Of a stretch of DNA of 55,182 bases, positions 46,217 through 55,115 are shown one piece after another (the stretch's first letter is position 1; each line of letters opens with the position of its first letter). The translations under genes and the position numbers were made by a program. Under the pieces are notes generated by a model. The model did no database searches, had not been told where the DNA came from, and saw nothing but the letters and a program-made list of their open reading frames with translations. Origin of the DNA: a virus (taxonomy: Duplodnaviria; Caudoviricetes); the IMG/VR virus record IMGVR_UViG_3300027972_000014, positions 1-55,182 of that record. One strand, 5' to 3'.

Positions 46217-47476
46217 TTATCTCCACGCGGGGTTAATATATCTTGCCCCGTCCAGTAGTATTGTTTCGTCCCCCTGAGTAAGAGCAATTTGTCGGGCGTG
46301 GCTTTTTGCTGACATGATGCCATCACACTCAACGCTCCACCCTGGATTTGTTTTGGGGCGTCGAACGTTATCGTGCCACGCCTTTATTAAATTCGCTATT
46401 TCCTGATGGTATACCGCCTTTGCCCCTCCAAGCGGCGTTACGGGTTGCGGGATAAGCGGCGTCCATTTAATACGCAATGATACGGACTTTTTGAGAGGTA
46501 TCGCAAATACGGCTCCCATAACCCTCTCCCATTGTTTAAAATCCTCTTTTGGACGCTCCCAGGGATGGGCAAACATCTGAAATATTTTAAAGTTGACGTG
46601 TCCTTGAGTAATCATTATCCGAAAATAATCAACTATTTGTTTATCGGTGATTTTTTTATTAACCAGAAAGCGAGTTTCTTCGGTTAGTCCATCAATCCCT
46701 ACTCTAACAAGTTGGTTATTATCTACCGGAACACCCCCTTTTTTGATAATTTTATCAAGCCGGTATGAGCCAAACGCCTGTCGTAGTCCAAGTTCGCGCG
46801 CTTTAGCCAGATATAAGTTATACCAGGGTGTACTGGCTTCATCCGGCGCAAAAAAAACTATCTTTTTGGCTTGCAATGTATCAAGCGATTCCATCATCGC
46901 TAAAACATCCTCCGCTTTACGGTAGCGGAATGGCATCGAATGCCCTAACTCGCAATAGTGACAACGGAATGGGCAACCGCGAGCAACCTCTATATACCAG
47001 GCGGCAGATAACGTATTGGGGCGGTTAAGGTATGGTGGGTTGTCCGGCAGTGGTTTTTCATAATTACGTGGTGGAATTTCACCACCTTTCCATAATTCTG
47101 TAATAATCGTCCCGGGTAAATCCTTGAGCGCTATTATTACCCGCTCTTTGTCAAGTAACCTTGCCGCGTTTTTAATCCACGTCTCCCCGTCACCGAGGCA
47201 GATAACATCCATTAATGGAATCATCGGACGTGGATTGTTGTAAGTGACGTGCCCTCCCCCAATTCTGATTTTGCCGTGTTTAGGGGTTGTTTTTAGCCGC
47301 TCGTAATCCTCCGGGTGGTGGACACTAATCAACTCCACATCGTAATGATACCTTGAAGTATGAGGCGCAATCACATCAACTACATGCCCCATCCGGCGTA
47401 ATTGTTCTGCGACAAAAAACGCGCCGATTGACCCCACTTCTTCATCACCGGCAGGCTCTATTATACAAAAATTCAT
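46217..47476 (-). CDS. B12-binding-type radical SAM enzyme
   Basis: IEVARGCPFRCHYC (CxxxCxxC); GGGH...DVICLGDGE Rossmann-like N-terminal domain; ATG overlaps the csf1 stop. Confidence 0.88.
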   Translation of the reverse strand: MNFCIIEPAGDEEVGSIGAFFVAEQLRRMGHVVDVIAPHTSRYHYDVELISVHHPEDYERLKTTPKHGKIRIGGGHVTYNNPRPMIPLMDVICLGDGETWIKNAARLLDKERVIIALKDLPGTIITELWKGGEIPPRNYEKPLPDNPPYLNRPNTLSAAWYIEVARGCPFRCHYCELGHSMPFRYRKAEDVLAMMESLDTLQAKKIVFFAPDEASTPWYNLYLAKARELGLRQAFGSYRLDKIIKKGGVPVDNNQLVRVGIDGLTEETRFLVNKKITDKQIVDYFRIMITQGHVNFKIFQMFAHPWERPKEDFKQWERVMGAVFAIPLKKSVSLRIKWTPLIPQPVTPLGGAKAVYHQEIANLIKAWHDNVRRPKTNPGWSVECDGIMSAKSHARQIALTQGDETILLDGARYINPAWR

Positions 47477-48180
47477 TTTACGCCCCCACTCAATTCCTCC
47501 TGGCTCGGCAACAGGTACTCCATAAACTGATACAACGGCGCTTGATAATGCGCACGTGCCCAACGATAAAACGGCTGCCACACCGCGCCGATTTTATAGA
47601 TCATACCCACCGGGGCATCAAGTGTTTTGATAGCTGTACGCCAAACGCCAGCGTCCTGAACCTCACGCATTATGCGCCAATACTCAGTGACAGTGTCGAT
47701 ATTTGCATTAACCAGCAGATCGTTAAATCCCCACACGCCGTAGGGCCGCCCGTTGACCGGAGAACGTAGAGAACCGTGTTTTTTGTAGGTGGTCGTCACC
47801 CACCCAGCCCAATGTTTTGCGGTTGTGCCGTTAAGCACCAAATCTCTAATCTTTGGCTTGCCGACCTCGATAAATTGCTCTCCATCACACCACCAACAAG
47901 CCATCATTTCTGGCTTTTTCTTACGCTTTTTTGGGGTATCGTCCTCGTTAGTGCCATACTCTCCATATTGCCAGGCGTACCAGGCGTTAAGTCCTACCCT
48001 GTCACTATCAGGAGCAGCCAGCAGTGACGTATCACTAAAATTACTACTGAGTAATCTAGAGCGAGGGATAGTATCCCCCGCTCTACCTGTGATACAGCAC
48101 ATACCAAATTGCGGTTCGATTGGCGGCGGCTCACGATTTGTTATAGGTATAGCTTGTGCTAATAGGTCTACAGTGTGCAT
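47473..48180 (-). CDS. csf1: Type IV Cas8-like large subunit
   Basis: CCITG...LLSSNFSDTSLLAAPDSDRV; TTTYKKH...PVN; sits between csf2 and csf3. Confidence 0.65.
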   Translation of the reverse strand: MHTVDLLAQAIPITNREPPPIEPQFGMCCITGRAGDTIPRSRLLSSNFSDTSLLAAPDSDRVGLNAWYAWQYGEYGTNEDDTPKKRKKKPEMMACWWCDGEQFIEVGKPKIRDLVLNGTTAKHWAGWVTTTYKKHGSLRSPVNGRPYGVWGFNDLLVNANIDTVTEYWRIMREVQDAGVWRTAIKTLDAPVGMIYKIGAVWQPFYRWARAHYQAPLYQFMEYLLPSQEELSGGVK

Positions 48181-48206
48181 TACGCCTCCTTAAACATCGG
48201 TGTTTT

Positions 48207-49484
48207 TTAGTTATCTGACTGCTTTTGCGAGGCGAATCCGCCAATTTGCCGGAGGTAGTCTATAATCGCCTGCTTATTATCGGCCAGGTAGCGATTATAC
48301 AATGATCCATTAAGTGTTAATTTGGACTGATACTCAATAGTCGCCCGGCCAAAACCCCGGTGAACCTTGCCACCAAGATAACCAAACTGCTGCATCATTT
48401 CTAATCCCTTAGCCAGCGCAGATATTTCTACGTCGGTGATGTGTAGGTCAACGTCAATACCGCCCTCTAGCACTGCCCCCTCTATAAGACATTCATAATT
48501 GGCAATCATTGACTTGTTAGCCATATCGCCATTGCCAGTTTCTTTAGCTTGCAACTTGCTGATTTTATTCTCAAGGTCATCACGATTGACGATGTATCGC
48601 CAGTCCATTAACATTTCCACTGATTCATCGCCATTCCCCCATTCGACGCATTGCGGGCGTAGATCGTTGATGTACACACGACCCTCAAGCGGGCTTTTGC
48701 CCACACCACCCAACAACGAAAAATAAGGAATCATATTTCGCAATTGGATCGCCCCGTTTACTTTTATTGCCCCGGCTACGTTGCCAGTTAAGGCTGCCTC
48801 GAATAATTTAGGGATCGCTCCATCGGCCATAATGCCGCCAGATGTCAGTAAGTGCAAAAACCAAGGCGCAAATAACCGCTCTCGGCTTTTAGTATCGTAA
48901 CCAAGCGCGGTGACAAAATGCTTTGCAAACAGGTCACGCATCTGTCCCGCCCAGGCGTTGGCTGAATAGTACGGTAATTCTTGGCCGCCTCGCACGCTAC
49001 CACGGCGAAACAAAGTATTGTTACCGGCCTTTTTGTCATCGCCGTGAGTAAAAGCGTTTTCTAGCGTGGCTATAATGCCAATATCAAACGGGCGACGGCG
49101 GTGCATTTGCACATTTTTAACTATTCGTGGTTCGTAAGCCGCGCAAAAGTCGGTAATCATTTTTGGCCTATTGTCCATGCTGGCCGTCGCCATTGATATG
49201 GAAATTGACGGTTGCTCTCGGAGCCAAATATAACACGAATCGGCATCTTCTGCAGCAGCTGCGCTCATAAGCCCCTGCGTTGTAGTACCGCGTAGTACGG
49301 GACTTCCCAATAGCTCGCCAAACCGATTAATAGTAGATAGTAACTTACCGGACGTGCAAGCAACACGAAGCCTCCCGGCAAAGAAATCATATTTGCCGGT
49401 TGAGCCACTTTTTACAGATGCGTTATTCATAATCTCGCCCAATGCGGCGAGGGTCTTTCCAACGGTATCGGTCGTAAGTTTCAT
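48207..49484 (-). CDS. csf2: Type IV Cas7-like backbone protein with N-terminal Cas11-like extension
   Basis: FTHG...GN..LFRR; LPYYSANAWAGQMRD; LTSGG; IPYFSLLGG; YECLIEG; LGGKVHRGFG G-rich loop; about 110-aa helical N-terminus ending WLREQP. Confidence 0.85.
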   Translation of the reverse strand: MKLTTDTVGKTLAALGEIMNNASVKSGSTGKYDFFAGRLRVACTSGKLLSTINRFGELLGSPVLRGTTTQGLMSAAAAEDADSCYIWLREQPSISISMATASMDNRPKMITDFCAAYEPRIVKNVQMHRRRPFDIGIIATLENAFTHGDDKKAGNNTLFRRGSVRGGQELPYYSANAWAGQMRDLFAKHFVTALGYDTKSRERLFAPWFLHLLTSGGIMADGAIPKLFEAALTGNVAGAIKVNGAIQLRNMIPYFSLLGGVGKSPLEGRVYINDLRPQCVEWGNGDESVEMLMDWRYIVNRDDLENKISKLQAKETGNGDMANKSMIANYECLIEGAVLEGGIDVDLHITDVEISALAKGLEMMQQFGYLGGKVHRGFGRATIEYQSKLTLNGSLYNRYLADNKQAIIDYLRQIGGFASQKQSDN

Positions 49485-49486
49485 TT

Positions 49487-49858
49487 TTAGTCCTTTCTAA
49501 AATCCATATCGTTGTAATTTTCCCAGGGATGGCGTTTGCCCCCCCCTCTATATTTTTTTCTTGCTTCGTTCATTATGGGCACTTTCTTGAGCGCAGCCTT
49601 GTGAGCCGCATCTGTTTTATGTTTAACCTCAACAATCTCCGGCGGCGTCCACCGGTTGACGGTCATAATATGCACACCCAACTTATTAGCTACCTGTTCT
49701 ACGGTCAACCCTTCGCCGATGCGTAAATATTGAATCACGTCTGATGGATGGCGGCCAGGGAGTATATCCGCACATGCCCTCACCATCTTTGTGTGCCATA
49801 AAAATATTCTGTCTGTGTTGACTTTTCGCAACCTGGTTTTTTGGTTAGTAGATAGCAT
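49487..49858 (-). CDS. HTH DNA-binding protein heading the cas operon
   Basis: EGLTVEQVANKLGVHIMTVNRW. Confidence 0.7.
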   Translation of the reverse strand: MLSTNQKTRLRKVNTDRIFLWHTKMVRACADILPGRHPSDVIQYLRIGEGLTVEQVANKLGVHIMTVNRWTPPEIVEVKHKTDAAHKAALKKVPIMNEARKKYRGGGKRHPWENYNDMDFRKD

Positions 49859-49869
49859 TGTCTTAGTAA

Positions 49870-49977
49870 ACCTAACGCCCCCGGTTTCGCCGGCTGGCGC
49901 GTAATAAAACTACTTGATTTCTAAACTCATTTTCATTTGCCCGGCTTCCACCAGTCCGGCGCAAACCGTTGTTGGGT
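49870..49977 (-). mobile_element. Integron attC site
   Basis: R'' acccaac; cggttt(g)cgccgg(a)ctgg pairs with ccagccggcgaaaccg, leaving two extrahelical bases; R' gttaggt. Confidence 0.82.
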
Positions 49978-50155
49978 GGCTGTTTGCGCTGCGCCAAATT
50001 CCATTGACATATTTATACCCATTTTCTTGCATAATGATAGGGTAGCAATCGTCACAGATGTTACGAAAAGCGTCTTTTTCCCTGGAATTTTTAGCGGGCA
50101 TCATTACCCGCACCGCACTTTCCAGATTAGATTTTTTGCACCTATAACACTTCAT
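49910..50155 (-). CDS. Small Zn-binding cassette ORF
   Basis: CYRC...CDDC; RBS AGGAG; ends inside the attC. Confidence 0.6.
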   Translation of the reverse strand: MKCYRCKKSNLESAVRVMMPAKNSREKDAFRNICDDCYPIIMQENGYKYVNGIWRSANSHPTTVCAGLVEAGQMKMSLEIK

Positions 50156-50179
50156 AATATTTTCTCCTGGTGACGTGAC

Positions 50180-50210
50180 GCCCAACGCCGCATTTCAGGG
50201 GCGGTCACGT
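50180..50210 (-). mobile_element. attC right half-site
   Basis: Minus strand gcccctgaaatgcggc-gttgggc; left arm not found. Confidence 0.55.
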
Positions 50211-50368
50211 ATACTTTACATTTGCAATTATCTAATTTCCCGCCTGATAATAATACCACATATTCCACAAATTACATCACGTACCAACGCCACAATACCG
50301 CCACGTAATACGGTTTCAAGCCAGGGGGTATATCTATGATTATATTCGGGATGATTACACATTATTCC

Positions 50369-50812
50369 TCAATTCTCTGGTTGTAACCCGTAGCTGTCAT
50401 CGTCAACCCCGTCGCCAGGTTTGCCGTCAAACGAGATGTCATTACCTATGGCATCAATTGCCTCAACTGCCCTACGTGGATGTCCAAAGTTGGGATATTC
50501 TGCAATCAATTCAGCCACAATTCCCGGCAATTCCGAGGCGTCAATTTCGTGACGTTTAACATCGCGCCTGAATGTAATAGTCATTTTATCCGATGATACA
50601 TTCAGCCAGGCTAATTCAACCACACGGTCATTGTCGAAAGCCGTGTAGGTGTAAGTATCCCACCCGCTAATACTTTGACGAATATCGAAGCCAAGTCGGG
50701 TTATAGCCGGGTCGCCCTGACCGGGGTCGGTTATTTTTCGAAATGCTTTTTGGCTAACATTACCCTTACCGCGTTCTTGCGCTGTTAAAAACCATAACAT
50801 TGATGCGTTCAT
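50369..50812 (-). CDS. Hypothetical protein
   Basis: RBS AGGAG, directly after a consensus promoter. Confidence 0.65.
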   Translation of the reverse strand: MNASMLWFLTAQERGKGNVSQKAFRKITDPGQGDPAITRLGFDIRQSISGWDTYTYTAFDNDRVVELAWLNVSSDKMTITFRRDVKRHEIDASELPGIVAELIAEYPNFGHPRRAVEAIDAIGNDISFDGKPGDGVDDDSYGLQPEN

Positions 50813-50848
50813 TGTCGTGTCTCCTGTCTAATTCAATCCTATGTGTCT

Positions 50849-50942
50849 ATTATATCGCACTTTATTCCATTTGTCAATAACTATATTACATAATATACAC
50901 CCAATATTGATTATTGACATTTAGGACAAGTTGGGTTATAAT
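50849..50942. promoter_or_regulatory. Divergent sigma70 promoter pair
   Basis: Minus: TTGACA(50877-72)-17-TATAAT. Plus: TTGACA(50914-19)-17-TATAAT. Confidence 0.8.
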
Positions 50943-50990
50943 GAAGGTATCTATTCAATATATTTATGCCAGTCAAAGAAAGGTTATAAA

Positions 50991-51803
50991 ATGTCTGACC
51001 AAAATTTCTATGAACAAGATTTTGATTTTATTGATGAGACTCAGGCCGAGGCGGTTCTGCCCCCGCTTATCCAGTGGCATCGCGGAGACTTGCAGAACGT
51101 CAACGAGATGCTCAAAGTAGGTTGTTTCCAGTTGCCGGTAGAGCGGTATAGCCTGGACAACCAAGAGCCAGTTGATGTGCTGCACGGCACGGTTGTCATC
51201 CCCTCCTATCTATTCAAGGGATTGCATATTGCTATCCTGGCTTACCGCAAAGATTGGTTTACCGGGCGCGGTAAGGAAAGCCGCCCACAGGTTTCCTTTG
51301 ACCCCAACGCCAAAGCTTGGAGTCGTATCCAAGTATGGGCAATAGTAAAACAACTGGATAATGCCCAATTTATTCTTACTTTTTCCCGCTCGAACGCAAT
51401 GGGGATTGAGGAAACTATCAAGCAATTTCGCAATGTTGTTATTGGCCCGGTTAGCCAAAAAGTCAAGAAAAATTTCCCGCTCTATTCCTTTTGGTGTCCT
51501 ATCGGCCCGGACAAGCCAAAGGAATTTAAGGAACAGGGCACTTATGCCACACCTCCCAAATTATTCTTGACCCCGCCGGTATCAGAAAATAAACTAAAAG
51601 AATTATTCACCGGCAAAGATATAGTCGAAATGGCCGCCGGTATCTATCCTCTCGCCAAAAAATGGTCAAAACAACCATTGGGACAGCGGGAAGAAACAAC
51701 AGTAATCCCCGATGAAACTTTACCTGATACCGGCGATGTGCAACCGCCGCCATTTCTGCCAAATGAAGAAACAATTATAACCGATGAAGAATTTCCTTTT
51801 TAG
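50991..51803 (+). CDS. Putative ssDNA-binding/annealing protein
   Basis: Acidic tail ending TDEEFPF, like the SSB C-terminal motif. Confidence 0.5.
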   Translation: MSDQNFYEQDFDFIDETQAEAVLPPLIQWHRGDLQNVNEMLKVGCFQLPVERYSLDNQEPVDVLHGTVVIPSYLFKGLHIAILAYRKDWFTGRGKESRPQVSFDPNAKAWSRIQVWAIVKQLDNAQFILTFSRSNAMGIEETIKQFRNVVIGPVSQKVKKNFPLYSFWCPIGPDKPKEFKEQGTYATPPKLFLTPPVSENKLKELFTGKDIVEMAAGIYPLAKKWSKQPLGQREETTVIPDETLPDTGDVQPPPFLPNEETIITDEEFPF

Positions 51804-51812
51804 GATAACCCA

Positions 51813-52037
51813 ATGACACCGCAAGAGCTAATTGATGACATCAATACCCAAGTGTCCACACCAACCGCTCGTTTCCGTTGCCCGATGCACTTCTACCGGA
51901 CAATGCGCAAACATTACAACCCGTCCTGGACGTGGCCCAAGCCTGATGCGCCGGCGAGTGAATGGGCGTGGCTCTACGGTTACGGCGTTGAATACGCCAA
52001 ACAAAAGGAGGTGATGCAACAACAAATAGAGGAATAA
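51813..52037 (+). CDS. Hypothetical protein
   Basis: RBS AGGA, follows the SSB-like gene. Confidence 0.55.
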   Translation: MTPQELIDDINTQVSTPTARFRCPMHFYRTMRKHYNPSWTWPKPDAPASEWAWLYGYGVEYAKQKEVMQQQIEE

Positions 52038-52055
52038 CCACAATAGCCTAAAACA

Positions 52056-52096
52056 AAAAAAGCCGGGTGAGTTTAGACGCTCACCCGGCTTTTTTA
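52056..52096. terminator. Bidirectional intrinsic terminator
   Basis: aaaaaagccgggtgag-tttagacg-ctcacccggctttttt between convergent genes. Confidence 0.85.
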
Positions 52097-52113
52097 TAAT
52101 TTACTTAGGCTTA

Positions 52114-52305
52114 TTAGTTGTGTTTTGCTATAGCAACGCGCACAGCCTCGACAATAAACCCATTGCGGTTATCAATGTTTGCCGCCAGCCATTCTAGCGC
52201 ATCTGGCGGGAGTTTAAGGGTGATGCTGACGTACTTTTCTGCTGCCGGTTTTGGTGGGCGGCCTCCTGGTGGATTGCGGAGGCCGCCGCGCTTTGATTTT
52301 TCCAT
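52114..52305 (-). CDS. Small RHH-like DNA-binding protein
   Basis: RGGLR..GGRP...SITLKLPPD..EWL...NGFIVEAV. Confidence 0.65.
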   Translation of the reverse strand: MEKSKRGGLRNPPGGRPPKPAAEKYVSITLKLPPDALEWLAANIDNRNGFIVEAVRVAIAKHN

Positions 52306-52647
52306 TTACGCCCCCATACTCACGAGGCCGGAGGCGTAAACATAATCATAAACTGGTTTGTCTGCCCATTCCAGACCTTCGCCAGTAAACTCAACAAACT
52401 TGATAGCCGGGTCAATGTCCAAGCCAGACTGGGTACAGATGATAGTGCTGGCGGTAGTGAAACCAATCACCTTATACATCCGGCCAGACCGGGATACTAA
52501 ACGCATCCCGATATTGACGGTCAGCCATTTAGCCCAACCTTCGGCATCGTAGCCGGTTACTACATCCAGGATGATTGCCGGGCTTAAAGGGGCGGTAAAT
52601 TCCGCGTCCCCGGTGAGGGTGGTAAGGGTTTGAAGTTGAGCGGCCAT
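52306..52647 (-). CDS. Hypothetical protein
   Basis: RBS AGGAGG before MAAQLQ. Confidence 0.6.
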   Translation of the reverse strand: MAAQLQTLTTLTGDAEFTAPLSPAIILDVVTGYDAEGWAKWLTVNIGMRLVSRSGRMYKVIGFTTASTIICTQSGLDIDPAIKFVEFTGEGLEWADKPVYDYVYASGLVSMGA

Positions 52648-52723
52648 TTGGCCTCCTTTCGGGCTTTCGCCCTCACCGATTGGGCCGGTGTAACCCATAA
52701 GCTATTGATTAGCTTATAGTTAC

Positions 52724-52752
52724 AGTATATACCATAACCTAAGAATTGTCAA
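52724..52752 (-). promoter_or_regulatory. Sigma70-type promoter
   Basis: TTGACA-17bp-TATACT. Confidence 0.75.
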
Positions 52753-52783
52753 TAGGTTTTGCCACGAGTTTTTAACGAGTTTT

Positions 52784-53470
52784 TTATTGTAAAGTTGCCA
52801 ATATTTTCAGCACCCCCCACAAACCCCGCTCCGCCTTGCTCAGTTGCCGCGCCAGTTGAGATGTCTCAACCGCCATTTGTTTCAATTCTACTCCCCGCTC
52901 CTGATGCTTAATTTCCAGGTTGTACAATTCTTTGGTGAGGTCATACTTCCTGTCACTACTATTGCCTGGCGGCGGAGGTGGAGTCGTTTTTAACTCTCGG
53001 TAGTTCTCCGCCACATAACTATTAAATGTAGTATAAGTCATATTGCCGTCAAAACACGCTCCTAGTGCCTCTGGTTGCGTCTCAGGTGGTAATTTGGCAA
53101 CTATCCTATGAAACCATAATGACAATTCTGAACGGCGGTTCTCAGAGGGAACATTGCGCTCTACATAAGACCATTGCTCGATTGTTTCAGGCTTGACACT
53201 AAACCCGCTCACTGCTACTGCTTTCTCGTAGGCATTGCCGCCGAATCGCTTCCGGTACTCATTAGCCCACGCCCCAATTTGCCAACGCAACTTATCAAGG
53301 TTCGTTGCCAGTTGCAAAGCACACAAGTCAAAATGCTGTTGTGTCGGCGCGCCGATGATGGTCAACCCGGTATCGGTAAAGGTAAAATATTTGGCTAAAA
53401 TTTCTTCCGGCGTCTGGTCTGCGACAAATGTCACCTTCCCGGCGGTGTAGGTGGTCTTGGTTTCTGTCAT
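52784..53470 (-). CDS. LmbU-like DNA-binding protein
   Basis: WQIGAW...YEKA...ETIEQWSYVERNVP..NRRSELS..FHRIVAKL. Confidence 0.55.
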   Translation of the reverse strand: MTETKTTYTAGKVTFVADQTPEEILAKYFTFTDTGLTIIGAPTQQHFDLCALQLATNLDKLRWQIGAWANEYRKRFGGNAYEKAVAVSGFSVKPETIEQWSYVERNVPSENRRSELSLWFHRIVAKLPPETQPEALGACFDGNMTYTTFNSYVAENYRELKTTPPPPPGNSSDRKYDLTKELYNLEIKHQERGVELKQMAVETSQLARQLSKAERGLWGVLKILATLQ

Positions 53471-53519
53471 AAAAAGAACTCCTTAACTGAGGATAAAAAG
53501 CGAGGTTTAGACTTTCATT

Positions 53520-53861
53520 TTACTCTGTTTTGGCGGAGGTGTCAATGCCTACTACCGCCAGCGCCGCCGCCGCGTCGGTAATAATGTTGTATCGGCAACC
53601 TGCGGCTTGCACTAGCATCATTGTTGCTACTTCGTTTGGCGTTAACATTGCCTCAAGTTGCTCCCTGGAACAATGCCGCCTGTCAACGTTCTTTACCTCG
53701 ACAAAATACACGAAGCCAAGATATAGCAAGAGTAAGTCATAGCCCGCGCTCTTATCTTGTAGCAATACCGTCACGCCGTTTTGCCGTAATCGGCGAACAA
53801 TATCAGCCTCATTTTTGTCGCGTTGTTGGTTGCGAAGGTCAATATGTTTTCTATACATCAT
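53520..53861 (-). CDS. VRR-NUC/PD-(D/E)XK nuclease (resolvase-like)
   Basis: RDKNEADIV..LR..G...GYDLL......FVEVK...LTPNE. Confidence 0.75.
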   Translation of the reverse strand: MMYRKHIDLRNQQRDKNEADIVRRLRQNGVTVLLQDKSAGYDLLLLYLGFVYFVEVKNVDRRHCSREQLEAMLTPNEVATMMLVQAAGCRYNIITDAAAALAVVGIDTSAKTE

Positions 53862-54232
53862 TCCACTCCCGGCAACTCTTGCGCCACCGGTCGCTTATAT
53901 TTCGGCAACCCCGCTGCTACCGCTGCCTGCGCCATAAATAACTTGTCGCTATCTGGAAGCTTTACGCTGTGGCAACGCCAACGGTATTTATCATCGTCAA
54001 CCCAGGGCGGAACAGTCCAGCGTAACACGCCAAACATATCAACATAATAAATGGCGTAAAAATGAACGTTCTTCGCCGCCGTTTCCCGGCTAACCGGTAT
54101 CAGCATTCCCCGGTGACGGTCACAAGTACGACACGTACCGGTTGGACAAAAATAATGCTTGTGAGCGGACGCGCAGTATTTAGTTGTCATTGGTCTGTCC
54201 TCGCTAATTCTATCAATACATCGCCGTGACAA
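53858..54232 (-). CDS. Hypothetical protein (likely start MTTKYC)
   Basis: Coupled ORF. Confidence 0.5.
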   Translation of the reverse strand: MSRRCIDRISEDRPMTTKYCASAHKHYFCPTGTCRTCDRHRGMLIPVSRETAAKNVHFYAIYYVDMFGVLRWTVPPWVDDDKYRWRCHSVKLPDSDKLFMAQAAVAAGLPKYKRPVAQELPGVE

Positions 54233-54510
54233 TTATCAGATTCTCCGCACCAACAGGCAATAAATTCAGCATCTCTTATCAGGTACAGGTGGTCGAGTAT
54301 CCACCTGCGTTTGTCGGCGCGCCCGTATTCGCCTTTTGATAGCCAATGCTCATATTTCGAGCTAGCATACTCCTTTTTTAGTTCCGGCGTTGCACCCATC
54401 ATATCTCGCCAGTCAAACGGGTTTCCCCACTTGCTTGGTCTACTTACCACCACCGTTCCCGGCGGCAACTTTGAGCCCCTCTTGCGACTGAGTTGGATAC
54501 GTGTTGTCAT
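54187..54510 (-). CDS. DUF4326 domain protein
   Basis: VSRPSKWGNPF...IACWC....CHGDVLIELA. Confidence 0.85.
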   Translation of the reverse strand: MTTRIQLSRKRGSKLPPGTVVVSRPSKWGNPFDWRDMMGATPELKKEYASSKYEHWLSKGEYGRADKRRWILDHLYLIRDAEFIACWCGESDNCHGDVLIELARTDQ

Positions 54511-54666
54511 TCTGTCACCCACCACCACCACCCAAATAGTGTCATCAGCACCCAACCACGAACACGCCACCAAAACCGCTTCAAATTTGTTAACGGCAAG
54601 TTCTGGTCGTGAGCGCAAATGTCATCACCGCAGCCGGAAGCCCATAAATTAAAACACCATACAGGT

Positions 54667-54912
54667 TTAGGATTGCTCATAACTGCACCACCATTCTTGA
54701 TATTTGAATTTTTCTTGACCGTTCTTTTCAAACCCCACCGATTCAAAACCTCGGAGTCGAATACCATCAGGGGTAATACTTATGACTTCCACCTTACGCA
54801 GTAGATATGTTTGTAAACTGTAAAAAAAGAACCCGTCACCACTATCAATTGCCAACGCCCCAACGCCAATAGTTTTTGTTTTTGGTAGTAAAATATTCAA
54901 AGTATATTTCAT
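54667..54912 (-). CDS. Hypothetical protein
   Basis: Coupled ORF. Confidence 0.5.
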   Translation of the reverse strand: MKYTLNILLPKTKTIGVGALAIDSGDGFFFYSLQTYLLRKVEVISITPDGIRLRGFESVGFEKNGQEKFKYQEWWCSYEQS

Positions 54913-55115
54913 TCCGTAATCTCCTCAATAAACGGCCCGTTTGCCCACTCTACAAAATGCAAAAACCGGTCGCAGTGTATCAATGCTTCTTTTGCAATTT
55001 CCGCCTCGGTCGCCGTATCCTCTACGGTAACAGCTTCGTGGATAAACACATTATCCGGGGGCAGGCCGAAATACTGATCAACTATCCAACCTGCAACACG
55101 TTTATTAACTAACAT
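54909..55115 (-). CDS. Hypothetical protein (follows the helicase across the circular junction)
   Basis: RBS AGGAG overlapping the helicase stop codon. Confidence 0.55.
   Translation of the reverse strand: MLVNKRVAGWIVDQYFGLPPDNVFIHEAVTVEDTATEAEIAKEALIHCDRFLHFVEWANGPFIEEITE

Noticed and set aside
47477-47581. Longer N-terminus for the radical SAM ORF given in the track
   Set aside because: Overlaps csf1; the ATGA-coupled start at 47476 is more plausible
50210-50368. Possible CRISPR repeat upstream of the cas operon (minus strand ...cccctggcttgaaac)
   Set aside because: Single occurrence with no repeat-spacer periodicity; I found no array here or downstream of csf3 by eye
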